This document shows, piece by piece, positions 1 through 9,229 of a DNA stretch of 64,000 nt (within the stretch, counting starts at the first letter, position 1; each line of letters opens with the position of its first letter). The position numbers and the translations under genes are program-made. Origin of the DNA: a virus; the IMG/VR virus record IMGVR_UViG_3300025137_000014, positions 123,123-187,122 of that record. One strand, 5' to 3'. A model generated the notes under the pieces. It was not told the DNA's origin. It was given only the letters and a program-made list of their open reading frames with translations, and made no database searches.

Positions 1-2
1 AT

Positions 3-296
3 TTAACAACATTTATCGGCATATTTAATTCCCATGTAGATAAACAAAAAGGTGCATTAAAGTACATACCAAAAGAACAACTTTTTGTTATAGAGGATAT
101 AGATAATTTATCTGCAAAAGATATAGCATGTTACGGTGACGTAAATAGAGAAAAATTTGAAGAATACAAATCTAATTATAATATAGAAAAAATGGATTTG
201 TTAAATTATCACATGCAACGGCTTATGAAGTTTTGTGAGTTTACTAATCCAGAGATAACAAAAAAAATGAAAGACTACGTTAATTCATCAATATAA
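3..296 (+). CDS. Partial hypothetical protein (5' truncated by window edge)
   Basis: Hand-translated open frame LTTFIGIFNSHVDKQK...YVNSSI* ending TAA 294-296; overlaps the convergent ORF tail-to-tail. Confidence 0.6.
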   Translation, partial: LTTFIGIFNSHVDKQKGALKYIPKEQLFVIEDIDNLSAKDIACYGDVNREKFEEYKSNYNIEKMDLLNYHMQRLMKFCEFTNPEITKKMKDYVNSSI

Positions 297-1297
297 TTAG
301 CAAGTATCTTTCTATCTACATACGGTCTTATATTGTGTGTTTGAAAATCTGAAATCTTATAGTCTATTTCTTGTATATTTAAATTATCAAATTTAAACTG
401 TTTAACATAATCAGAAAATCCAATATATTCATTATCGTACTTTCCATATAGATAATCTACTTTAATATGTGGATAAGCACCTAAGTGTCTATATGGATCT
501 AATATTTTATTCTCAATATCTAATTTTTTAAAACCCCAACATTTAATCATATGCATCATTGCTACGTTCATCATGTCTAGCTTTTGTTCTTCAAGGTGTG
601 ACGGTCTGTTAAACCATTTGAAATAAGATTTAATCCAAGGGGAATGATCCCAAGAATAAGTTGATTGTCCACCTGTAGTTAATACATTTGTTACGATATC
701 ACTTAGATGGAATGCTACACTTAATGCACTACCGGCATGTTTAGAATCTGCATATATTATTACATGTTTATATTTTTTCTTAATATATTCTCTTATCTGA
801 TTGCACATTTTTTCTTGTGTATCATTCTGTTTGCTTACACCTAATACCATTGCACTAGGGTATAAAGACTCAGGATATCTTAATGGGTCTTCATTTACAA
901 TTAACAAATCAGTATCTAAGTTTACAATTTTTTCACTTACATTTGTTAGTGAACTTGTCAGTCTACCCTCATGCCCTGCATAACTTGTAAAGTGAATTAT
1001 TAGTTTGTCAAAATCTTTATCTGTCTTTTTCCAACACATAGTATAATCTTCACTGACATTTTCAAACTTATCAGTATCATATTGATATACTATATCGGAA
1101 TAAACATCCCAACTACCTGTTTTTGTTTTTTGTGTGTAAGTATCTACAACATCTTTTTTGTAGATTTTGGTGAAGATATCGCTACTTTTTATATTGCGTA
1201 AGTCAACATACTTATTGTATACTAGCTTTTCATGTAAAAAGTATAAGTCAATTTCATCGTTTAAGTCTATATCTAAATCGAGTAGTTTAATTTTCAT
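275..1297 (-). CDS. Hypothetical protein, possible alpha/beta-hydrolase fold
   Basis: 340 aa; IIYADSKHAGSAL resembles a nucleophile elbow (GxSxG-like); stop-start overlap with the upstream ACP gene. Confidence 0.45.
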   Translation of the reverse strand: MKIKLLDLDIDLNDEIDLYFLHEKLVYNKYVDLRNIKSSDIFTKIYKKDVVDTYTQKTKTGSWDVYSDIVYQYDTDKFENVSEDYTMCWKKTDKDFDKLIIHFTSYAGHEGRLTSSLTNVSEKIVNLDTDLLIVNEDPLRYPESLYPSAMVLGVSKQNDTQEKMCNQIREYIKKKYKHVIIYADSKHAGSALSVAFHLSDIVTNVLTTGGQSTYSWDHSPWIKSYFKWFNRPSHLEEQKLDMMNVAMMHMIKCWGFKKLDIENKILDPYRHLGAYPHIKVDYLYGKYDNEYIGFSDYVKQFKFDNLNIQEIDYKISDFQTHNIRPYVDRKILANYIDELT

Positions 1298-1533
1298 TAA
1301 TCGTACTCCGCTAGATACTCCACTAAATCTTTAACGTTTTTAATTTCGTCTAGTCTTTGGTTGTCTAATTCGATATCTAAATCATCTTCTAGTGAAACTA
1401 GAATTTCAATACTATCTAAAGAATCTACACCAATGTCTGTAAATGGTTTACCCGATTCAATAAATGCATCAGTTAGTTCAACCTCTGCCCTATCAAGTGT
1501 AATTGCCTTTAGTGCTTCTAATGTTCTACTCAT
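1297..1533 (-). CDS. acpP: Acyl carrier protein
   Basis: LGVDSLDSIEILVSLEDDLDIEL has the phosphopantetheine DSL motif; acidic, 78 aa from MSRTLE (ATG at 1533). Confidence 0.9.
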   Translation of the reverse strand: MSRTLEALKAITLDRAEVELTDAFIESGKPFTDIGVDSLDSIEILVSLEDDLDIELDNQRLDEIKNVKDLVEYLAEYD

Positions 1534-1534
1534 T

Positions 1535-2473
1535 TTAATAGCCGCCTTCGTTCTCTTTTGTGTGTTCATAAAATGGTGCAAGTTTGAAGTTTTCTGTAAT
1601 ACGTCCTCTTCTTTTGCTACCTGGGTCTGGAATACCACCATCATTGTCAGTATCCCAATTAGTTATTTTTACCCATCTTCCTCTATTTAGAAGTTTGTTT
1701 CCTTCCTTCAGTGGGAATAGAATAGTGTTCTTTTCATTAAACTTATTGTAGTAAGGTACACCGTGAAAGCTCCAAATATAGTCCTCTGAGACATTAAACT
1801 GGTCTGCACATAGTTTCACTAGTCCTTGTAGTTTAATGTTACCGTCTGTGTCTTTCTGATATCTACCTAGTTGGCCAACGTTTTTAATTCTCATCATTAC
1901 GTTGTTTATTTTTTCTTTTTCTATAAGTTCTTTTAGTCTTGCTGGTGCTTCATAGTTAATCTCTGGAATAATAATAGTACCAGTATTTAAATTCATTTTT
2001 CTATCTACAATATTACGAAGTGCTTTTAGTTTTTTCTTTGAACAACGCATTTCGTCTATTTGTTCATACCAATCATCGTTGTCTACGCCATTCATACTTA
2101 AAGTTACACTACGTAAGCCTGCTTCAATTAAAGTATTTAAATATTTGGCATGTGACAATCTTAAACCATTTGTTACTAAAGTACAACTATGTTTTCTTCC
2201 GTTGGTACGTCCACGCTCATAGACTGCACGAATAAAATTTGCACAGTTAGGAGACATTGTAGGCTCTGCACCAATAATACGGACAAATGCACGACCACCA
2301 AGCCTATCCATGAAATCTTTGAATTTATCTAAATCCATATCAGGTGGTTCTCTGTTAGGTATATAACAGTTTTTACAGGTCATATTGCATTTATGTGTAA
2401 TATCTGCACATATGTCTACAAACGTATTATCTTCTGGTTCTGAAATATCATAATTAAAGAGTTTATGAAGCAT
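1535..2473 (-). CDS. Radical SAM protein (MoaA/NirJ-like)
   Basis: CNMTCKNC CxxxCxxC motif, IIGAEPT (GGEP-like), LVTNG; probable start MLHKLF. Confidence 0.85.
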   Translation of the reverse strand: MLHKLFNYDISEPEDNTFVDICADITHKCNMTCKNCYIPNREPPDMDLDKFKDFMDRLGGRAFVRIIGAEPTMSPNCANFIRAVYERGRTNGRKHSCTLVTNGLRLSHAKYLNTLIEAGLRSVTLSMNGVDNDDWYEQIDEMRCSKKKLKALRNIVDRKMNLNTGTIIIPEINYEAPARLKELIEKEKINNVMMRIKNVGQLGRYQKDTDGNIKLQGLVKLCADQFNVSEDYIWSFHGVPYYNKFNEKNTILFPLKEGNKLLNRGRWVKITNWDTDNDGGIPDPGSKRRGRITENFKLAPFYEHTKENEGGY

Positions 2474-2536
2474 ATAGTTTTGTACCTTAATAAATATGTT
2501 TATGTACATCTATTTATCGTCTCAGGAAACACAACA

Positions 2537-3145
2537 ATGTTAAATCATTTATACAAGTTTAACTATAAAATTGATAAAGACCAACTCAGAAAAGAACACA
2601 AACTAATGCAAGAAAGTGAAGAAACTTCCTTACATACAGTTAATACTGAGTTATTAGAGACAGTTAATGCAGGTAGAAATACTGGCGAAGATATATTCCC
2701 TACGTATCATGATTTAAAAGATAAGGACCAATGGGATGATATGGATACTTTAAAAATAAGAGCATTTAAGGAGTATCAATACCAAGATAATTATCCAGAA
2801 ATGAAAAGATTGACTAATGACTTTGCTAATATATTAGATAGTAAAGACATAACACCATTCTTTGTATTACAAGAGCAAGACTCAGACTTTCCAATGCATA
2901 TTGATATGGGGTTTCAATGTGCAATAAACTTAATTATAGATGGTGGGGATACACCAATTATGTTCAGAGAAGACGATGGATCTATACATAAATACAACTA
3001 CGATAATGCATTACTTAACATCTGTAACGTCTTTCACGGTGTACCTAAACAACAGGATATGAAAAGAATGCTACTTAAATTTAGAATAAAAGATGTATCA
3101 TATGATGATGCATGTAAACGTATGATGGAACATTTTAGTGAATAA
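2537..3145 (+). CDS. 2OG-Fe(II) oxygenase-like / DSBH protein
   Basis: PMHID...CAINL...VFHGV HxD...H facial triad; AGGA RBS upstream of MLNHLY. Confidence 0.65.
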   Translation: MLNHLYKFNYKIDKDQLRKEHKLMQESEETSLHTVNTELLETVNAGRNTGEDIFPTYHDLKDKDQWDDMDTLKIRAFKEYQYQDNYPEMKRLTNDFANILDSKDITPFFVLQEQDSDFPMHIDMGFQCAINLIIDGGDTPIMFREDDGSIHKYNYDNALLNICNVFHGVPKQQDMKRMLLKFRIKDVSYDDACKRMMEHFSE

Positions 3146-3701
3146 TTCTATACATAATATATATTTTGTAATAAACAGAGAAATGCTTATTAAAGAAAGT
3201 GAGATTTGTCAATTTGTGCCAATCAATCGTGTTACATTGAAACGTGTTCAGTTAGGTAGCTATGATGCAAAGGGTAAAAAGTTTTCTGACTATCTTAATA
3301 AAGAAGATAAAGATTGGTGGATGAGGCAAGATACATGGCAATCAAGCATGAATGCTGATGCAGAAATGTTATCTAAGATGCCAGAGACTACTAGAATACT
3401 TTCTATATTTAAAAAAATTATAGGCACAAATGATATCGAGGCTAACTTTTTTACACAAAAAGTAGGCACTAACGTTAAGATGCATGTTGATGTTGGTACC
3501 GCTTGTGCTATCAATTTTATACTCAAAGGAAAAGAAACTCCAATAGTATTTGAAGAAGATGGGACATTTCATTATAAAGATGCATTGATAAACGTTAGTA
3601 AGAAGCATATGGTACCAAAGCAAACATCTACAGATAGAATGCTTTTTAAGTTAAGAATTTTAAACATGCCTTTTGAAGAAGTAAGAGAAAAACTAAGATG
3701 A
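3138..3701 (+). CDS. 2OG-Fe(II) oxygenase-like protein, paralog of 2537..3145
   Basis: KMHVD...CAINF...KKHMV, and RMLFKLRI versus RMLLKFRI in the paralog. Confidence 0.65.
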   Translation: MNNSIHNIYFVINREMLIKESEICQFVPINRVTLKRVQLGSYDAKGKKFSDYLNKEDKDWWMRQDTWQSSMNADAEMLSKMPETTRILSIFKKIIGTNDIEANFFTQKVGTNVKMHVDVGTACAINFILKGKETPIVFEEDGTFHYKDALINVSKKHMVPKQTSTDRMLFKLRILNMPFEEVREKLR

Positions 3702-4330
3702 ACAAGAGCCAAATATTTATATTATTACATCATATATCGTTAGCAGTAGGTATAGCAATGTATGGGTTTGAATGGCCATGGGCCATTGTATCATTTTTCT
3801 TTGGAATGTTTTGGGCTTGGGTAGTTGGACATAATATTATTCATTACTATTTTGCTCATGGCAAATATAAAGATAATCTGAAAAGTTATTTTTACACATT
3901 ATTGTCATTAACGTCTGGACTAGGGTCACCGATATCATTTAGTGCATCACATCGACAACATCATAGATTCACAGATACAGAAAAGGATCCGCATTCGCCA
4001 CATCATATAGGCTGGAAACGTGTATACTTTTTAAATTGGGAACCACAGAATATTAATCCTAGGCTTCTTGCTGATTTTGCCAGAAGTAAATTTCAGAAAT
4101 GGGTTCACAAACATTGGTATTATTTACATATTGCAATAGTGCTAGTGATTGCTGTTATAGATTTGAGATTATTATTTTTTGCGTTATCACCTGGTGTTTT
4201 ATATAGTTTCCATAGTGCTAGTTTGACAAATACATTATCTCATATTGGTGGTGTACAGAGAAATGTACAGTTACTAAGACCTCTTGCATGGTGGGGCTGG
4301 AACCACGCTGACCATCATGACTACAAATAA
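3698..4330 (+). CDS. Membrane fatty-acid (delta-9-type) desaturase
   Basis: Three His boxes (HNIIHYYFAH, HRQHH..DTEKDPHSP, NHADHH) and TM segments. Confidence 0.85.
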   Translation: MNKSQIFILLHHISLAVGIAMYGFEWPWAIVSFFFGMFWAWVVGHNIIHYYFAHGKYKDNLKSYFYTLLSLTSGLGSPISFSASHRQHHRFTDTEKDPHSPHHIGWKRVYFLNWEPQNINPRLLADFARSKFQKWVHKHWYYLHIAIVLVIAVIDLRLLFFALSPGVLYSFHSASLTNTLSHIGGVQRNVQLLRPLAWWGWNHADHHDYK

Positions 4331-4334
4331 GCTA

Positions 4335-4363
4335 TTGACTAATCGTATATAATCGTATATAAT
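4335..4363 (+). promoter_or_regulatory. Sigma70-type promoter
   Basis: TTGACT-17-TATAAT; the spacer contains a tandem AATCGTATAT repeat. Confidence 0.75.
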
Positions 4364-4383
4364 CAGATATATATCTAGGAGAA

Positions 4384-4704
4384 ATGCCTATGGCAGAATA
4401 TGGCGAACTTATGCGACATTCTAATGTCAAGAAACGACTTGAAAGACTTAGAAAATTGCAGAATAAAGTAAAGAACTTAAGAAGGTTCCATAGTGATTTT
4501 GAAAACAAAGAGTTTTTAGAATGGACCTGTATGTCACATGAAGATATTAATTATGAAAAGCTATTAGTTGAAGGTGCTGGATATGTAACACAGTTAGTAG
4601 ACTGGTGTAATGGTCATTGTAATGATTTTTATGTTGCTTATCAAGGAAAATTGTATTTTAAAAATGATACTGATGCGGCGTACTTTACAATGGTGTGGAA
4701 ATAG
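4384..4704 (+). CDS. Hypothetical protein
   Basis: 106 aa ORF with AGGAG RBS. Confidence 0.7.
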   Translation: MPMAEYGELMRHSNVKKRLERLRKLQNKVKNLRRFHSDFENKEFLEWTCMSHEDINYEKLLVEGAGYVTQLVDWCNGHCNDFYVAYQGKLYFKNDTDAAYFTMVWK

Positions 4705-4712
4705 TGTATACT
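4684..4712 (+). promoter_or_regulatory. Sigma70-type promoter (leaderless mini-dnaE)
   Basis: TTTACA-17-TATACT, ATG 6 nt downstream. Confidence 0.6.
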
Positions 4713-4718
4713 ATTAAT

Positions 4719-5309
4719 ATGAATAAAGTAGAAACAGATATCGATATTGATGTTATTGACCGTGACACAGTCCTTACACATTTTCGACACATAATAGCCA
4801 GCATTAAAAAAGGTGATAACTGGACAAAACATAACAGTGGTGTGTATCTACAACCTATTCCATTTGATCCAATATCTGGATTATCTTCTATTGAATACAA
4901 AGAAGCAGAAAAACGAGGATATTTTAAATTAGACTTTCTTAATAATAGTTTATATGAAGGTGTGCGTGATGAAACGCACCTTGATGATTTAATTAAAAAA
5001 GAACCTTTGTGGGATCTACTTCAACATGCAGATATTGTAAAAAATCTTGCACATGTTCATAATCATTTAGATGTTTTAAAAGTAATGAAGCCGAAAAGTA
5101 TAGTAGAACTTGCAGAAGTACTAGCGGTAATTAGACCGGCAAAGAGGCACTTACTCAATGAGAGTAAAAGTAAAATTTCAGAATTAGTTTGGCAAAAACC
5201 AGAAGACGGTACTTACTATTTTAAAAAAGCACATGCGATTGCATATGCAGTAAGTATTGTGGTACAGCTTAATCTATTTTGCGAACAAGTTGAACAGAAC
5301 GCCTCTTAA
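4719..5309 (+). CDS. Truncated DNA polymerase III alpha (DnaE)-like protein
   Basis: TDIDIDV, HNSGVY, YFKLDFL, FKKAHAIAYA match the DnaE PDxDxD, HAxGVV, KxDFL and FNKSHAxAY motifs; only about 196 aa. Confidence 0.8.
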   Translation: MNKVETDIDIDVIDRDTVLTHFRHIIASIKKGDNWTKHNSGVYLQPIPFDPISGLSSIEYKEAEKRGYFKLDFLNNSLYEGVRDETHLDDLIKKEPLWDLLQHADIVKNLAHVHNHLDVLKVMKPKSIVELAEVLAVIRPAKRHLLNESKSKISELVWQKPEDGTYYFKKAHAIAYAVSIVVQLNLFCEQVEQNAS

Positions 5310-5658
5310 TACGTTTCTGTATAATATTTGATAGACTAGTCTCTGGTCCCCATAGAACCTCAACATCTTTTGAATTCATATTTAATATCCAATTCCTATA
5401 CTTGCTAATCTGTGAGCCTAAAAATAAATTAATTGGCATAAGTCTATTTGACTCCCACCACCACTGTTCTCCTAATTCTACGAACTTTTTCCTCAATTCA
5501 GGTGTTGGTATAGCCTCAAAATTATACATCGATGTTATAACCTGGTCTGAATTTATAATTATACCTAAATGCTCAGTAAATTCTTTTTTATTTCCGTATC
5601 TCACGTATGAGAAAAACGGATAATTCTCTTGCATCCATTGTTGTTTTTCATTGTCCAT
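5269..5658 (-). CDS. Hypothetical phage protein
   Basis: 129 aa ORF with late-promoter-like GCTAAATA 5 nt upstream of ATG. Confidence 0.7.
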   Translation of the reverse strand: MDNEKQQWMQENYPFFSYVRYGNKKEFTEHLGIIINSDQVITSMYNFEAIPTPELRKKFVELGEQWWWESNRLMPINLFLGSQISKYRNWILNMNSKDVEVLWGPETSLSNIIQKRIKRRSVQLVRKID

Positions 5659-5696
5659 CGTTATATTTAGCTAAGTTAGAAAAAGGGTCTCTGGGA

Positions 5697-5704
5697 GATA
5701 AATA
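5697..5704 (+). promoter_or_regulatory. T4-like late promoter motif GATAAATA
   Basis: (G/T)ATAAATA recurs upstream of genes at 11620, 14460, 14893, 16039, 18389, 26335, 36490, 41752, 41900, 43530, 47929, 49378, 51173, 59239 (+) and at 2511-2518, 40620-40627 (-); resembles T4 gp55 TATAAATA. Confidence 0.75.
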
Positions 5705-5709
5705 CATAT

Positions 5710-6507
5710 ATGAATTTAAACATGTTTCAATATGACAAAACTATTGAGATTACTTGTGCAGATGGTGACAACACAAGTAGTATGACAACTTACCTGAGGA
5801 ATATGCCAATGTATGACGGACAACACAAACTTCATAAGGGTATTGATAATACTCTTAGATTTAATTTAAGGGACACCGATAGAAAACCTATCGATTTGAC
5901 TACTAAAACTATTATATGGAAAATGTACGATAGAGAAACGAGAGAGAACGTACTATTCAAATACCTTACTGTCACCAACGCAACCAAAGGTATGGCTTCA
6001 TTAACTATATTCACAACAGATACGATAATGCTACCTCAGGGCTTTTATCAATTTGCTATGTACACTGTAGAAAATGGCGTAGAACAAATCATATATACTG
6101 ACACATATGACAATGCTAAAGGTGTAATTGAAGTCATAGATGATGTATACCCAGAATTTGTAGACTCACAAGAAAGCGGGACATTTTTTGATGATGGCTC
6201 TTACTTTATTTCAACTGCTTTCGATGGGTCTTCTTCAACTTCAAAATCAAAGTCTATACACACGATTGCATTATACTTTGATAATTTTTCTGGAACAGTA
6301 TCCATACAAGGTGATTTGAGTGAACAACCAAGTTCGCAACACTCAGATTGGTTTGATATAAATCCAAAGTTATTTTCAAATCCAAATATAACAGTAAACA
6401 ATGAGACTGGTGTTCAAGCATATGTAATCGAAGCAAATGTAAACTGGATCAGAGTAAGATATACTAATACTAGTGGGTCTATCAAAAAAGTTTTACTAAG
6501 AAACTAA
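5710..6507 (+). CDS. Virion structural protein, BppU-like N-terminal domain
   Basis: GIDNTLRFNLRDTDRKPIDLT...NATKGMASLTI pattern typical of baseplate/Ig-like adaptor domains; late promoter. Confidence 0.55.
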   Translation: MNLNMFQYDKTIEITCADGDNTSSMTTYLRNMPMYDGQHKLHKGIDNTLRFNLRDTDRKPIDLTTKTIIWKMYDRETRENVLFKYLTVTNATKGMASLTIFTTDTIMLPQGFYQFAMYTVENGVEQIIYTDTYDNAKGVIEVIDDVYPEFVDSQESGTFFDDGSYFISTAFDGSSSTSKSKSIHTIALYFDNFSGTVSIQGDLSEQPSSQHSDWFDINPKLFSNPNITVNNETGVQAYVIEANVNWIRVRYTNTSGSIKKVLLRN

Positions 6508-6515
6508 TATAACGC

Positions 6516-6544
6516 TTGACTTTTAGGTCTATTTTTGCTATATT
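6516..6544 (+). promoter_or_regulatory. Sigma70-type promoter (leaderless primase)
   Basis: TTGACT-17-TATATT, ATG 6 nt downstream, no SD. Confidence 0.7.
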
Positions 6545-6550
6545 ACTAGT

Positions 6551-7552
6551 ATGGACCTTCAACAAGTAATATTCACACATATCCCTGGAAAGAACAGACA
6601 ATCTAGTGGTGGCTGGACAAGTTTCAACTGCCCATGTTGTATCGAGGAAGGCGAGCCTCGATTGGATACTAGAATGCGTGGGGGTGTTCGTAGCGACGGT
6701 GATTCCATATCATACCACTGTTTTAACTGTGGGTTCACTGCAAGCCACCGTCACGGAAGAATACTCAATAAGAAATTTTTAAAACTCATGCGAAATATGA
6801 ATGTTTCTGAAAGCGAGATTAAGCGTTTACAGTTAGAAGCAATCCGTCAGAAAGAATTGTCTGAAGGTCCATACCTATTTACATCTAAGACACAAGTGAC
6901 ACGTGTTCCAAGTTTTCCTGATACCGAACTACCTGAAGGTTCGGAAGATTTAGAAGTTTTACTAGCAAAAGATAATCCTCCAGAAGGAGCCATCTATGCA
7001 GTTAAATATTTGATTGATAGAGGAGTACATGACAATATAGAAGATTGTTATTGGTCTCCAGATAAGTTTTTTAAAAACAGAGTTATATTTCCATTCTATC
7101 AAGGAGATAGAATAGTGGGGTATACTGCACGTGATATAACTGGTAAGTCTTCATCTAAATACATGACAAAGGCACCGAAGAAATTTTTACATAATGTTGA
7201 TAAGGTAAAATCTAATAATAAATACTTAATCGTATGTGAAGGTATAATCGATGCACTTGCATTAGATTGTATTGCGATTACAAGTAATGAGGCTTCACAA
7301 GACCAAATTGATTATATTAATCAGTTTAAAGGAGAGGTTATTGTTTGTCCCGACAGAGATAAAGCTGGCGAGAAATTAATCAAACAGGCTCAAGAAAATG
7401 GTTGGAGTGTATCTTTCCCTATGTGGGAGGACGATATTAAAGATGCCGCAGATGCAATTCAACGATATGGTAAACTATATACCTTACAAAGTATTATAGA
7501 TGCAAGTATAAGTAACAACACTAAGATAAGTGTGAAAATGAGAATAGGATAA
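6551..7552 (+). CDS. DNA primase (Zn finger + TOPRIM)
   Basis: CPCC...HCFNC zinc finger; CEGIIDAL and PDRDKAG TOPRIM motifs. Confidence 0.9.
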   Translation: MDLQQVIFTHIPGKNRQSSGGWTSFNCPCCIEEGEPRLDTRMRGGVRSDGDSISYHCFNCGFTASHRHGRILNKKFLKLMRNMNVSESEIKRLQLEAIRQKELSEGPYLFTSKTQVTRVPSFPDTELPEGSEDLEVLLAKDNPPEGAIYAVKYLIDRGVHDNIEDCYWSPDKFFKNRVIFPFYQGDRIVGYTARDITGKSSSKYMTKAPKKFLHNVDKVKSNNKYLIVCEGIIDALALDCIAITSNEASQDQIDYINQFKGEVIVCPDRDKAGEKLIKQAQENGWSVSFPMWEDDIKDAADAIQRYGKLYTLQSIIDASISNNTKISVKMRIG

Positions 7553-7555
7553 ACT

Positions 7556-8206
7556 ATGAAAAAAGTTAAAAAAATAATGAGTACAATTATACCAGAACCC
7601 AAAGAACAACCGGCACCGACGCCTCCACCTCCGATGCCAACTCCACCAGTTCCGCCAAAGCCGGCAGGTGAGTTCTTAAGAGAAAATGGTGTATTGTTTA
7701 TGGATAAAGAATTTAATCAAGATAACTGTATGCCTCTTGTAAAAATGATTGTTGAATATAATTTGATGCCAAAAGATAAAGCACCAGAAGTTATTCACTT
7801 GTATATCAATTCACCAGGTGGGTATGTAGATAGTTGTATGCATCTAATTGATACTATCAAGCAATCACGTATACCAGTATATACGTATGGAATGGGGTCT
7901 ATTGCAAGTTGTGGTGTCATGTTAATGATGAGTGGTGCTAAAGGACATCGTTATGTTACACAAAATACCGCAGTCATGTCACATGAATTTTCAGGTGGTA
8001 CAAAAGGTCAATATCACGATATGGTAGAAAGTCGTAAACATATGGACTGGACTAACGAGAAATTAATGGAACACTATATGAAATGTACAGGCAAGACACA
8101 AGCATACATTCGTAAACATATGTTAGCACCTAAGACAGACCATTGGCTTACACCAGAAGAAGCAGTCAAGCATGGTATCGCAGACGAATTAATTACTACT
8201 TACTAA
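7556..8206 (+). CDS. clpP: ATP-dependent Clp protease proteolytic subunit
   Basis: LYINSPGG, IASCG (Ser), MSHEF (His), DHWLTPEEAVKHGIAD; Pro-rich N-terminus. Confidence 0.9.
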   Translation: MKKVKKIMSTIIPEPKEQPAPTPPPPMPTPPVPPKPAGEFLRENGVLFMDKEFNQDNCMPLVKMIVEYNLMPKDKAPEVIHLYINSPGGYVDSCMHLIDTIKQSRIPVYTYGMGSIASCGVMLMMSGAKGHRYVTQNTAVMSHEFSGGTKGQYHDMVESRKHMDWTNEKLMEHYMKCTGKTQAYIRKHMLAPKTDHWLTPEEAVKHGIADELITTY

Positions 8207-8278
8207 CAGATTTCTATTGACTCTTGAGACAAAATCTGTTATTCTAACAGTAAGAATTTTGTAACAAAGGTGGGTCTT

Positions 8279-9229
8279 ATGAAGATTATATCAGGCAATA
8301 GTAATATTGAACTGGCGGCTAAAGTAGCTGAACATTGTTTCACAGATATTGTTCCAGCAGAAATAAAGACATTCGCAGACGGTGAATGTTCAGTAGAATT
8401 TCATGAAAATATTCGAGGAGAGGATGTGTTTATTATTCAAAGCACAAGTACTCCTGTAAATGATAACTTAATGGAATTATTGGTTATGATTGATGCGGCA
8501 AAACGTAGTAGTGCTAGTCGTATCACTGCCGTAATTCCTTATTTTGGTTATGCAAGACAAGATAGAAAGAGTGCATCACGTACTCCTATCACTGCAAAGC
8601 TAGTTGCGAATCTGCTTACAAAAGCAGGCGCAAATAGAGTACTAACAATGGACTTACATGCTGGACAAATTCAAGGCTTCTTTGATATACCTGTAGATGA
8701 TTTAACAAGCAGGTTAGTTTTTGCAAAAGATATTCAAAGACAGATTAGAGTAACAGAAGAACCAATTGTATTTGTTTCACCAGATGCTGGTGGTACAGTA
8801 AGAGCAAGAAAGTTTGCTGATATGTATCATGCCAATTATGCAATAGTTGATAAACGTAGACCCAAAGCAGGCAAGGCAGAAGTAATGAACTTGATTGGTG
8901 AAGTCAAAGGCAAACATGCAATACTAGTAGACGATATTGTAGATAGTGGTGGTACACTATGTAATGCGGCTGAGGCACTATTGGATGCAGGTGCATTATC
9001 TGTTAGAGCATATATTACTCATGGAGTACTAAGTGATAATGCATGTAGTAAAATTGAAAAAAGTAAATTAGATGAACTTGTTATTACTGATAGTATCCCA
9101 TCAATTAATGAGGGTGCTTGGAAAAAGACACGGGCAGTTAGTGTTTGTGGATTATTAGGAGAAGCAATCAGACGAGTCAATAACGAAGAAAGTGTAAGTA
9201 GTTTATTTAAGGTTAAGATACATTCATGA
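8279..9229 (+). CDS. prs: Ribose-phosphate pyrophosphokinase
   Basis: [45 protein letters not shown]. Confidence 0.97.
   Translation: MKIISGNSNIELAAKVAEHCFTDIVPAEIKTFADGECSVEFHENIRGEDVFIIQSTSTPVNDNLMELLVMIDAAKRSSASRITAVIPYFGYARQDRKSASRTPITAKLVANLLTKAGANRVLTMDLHAGQIQGFFDIPVDDLTSRLVFAKDIQRQIRVTEEPIVFVSPDAGGTVRARKFADMYHANYAIVDKRRPKAGKAEVMNLIGEVKGKHAILVDDIVDSGGTLCNAAEALLDAGALSVRAYITHGVLSDNACSKIEKSKLDELVITDSIPSINEGAWKKTRAVSVCGLLGEAIRRVNNEESVSSLFKVKIHS

Noticed and set aside
4341-4364. Tandem AATCGTATAT repeat
   Set aside because: Only two copies, explained as promoter spacer duplication; not an iteron array
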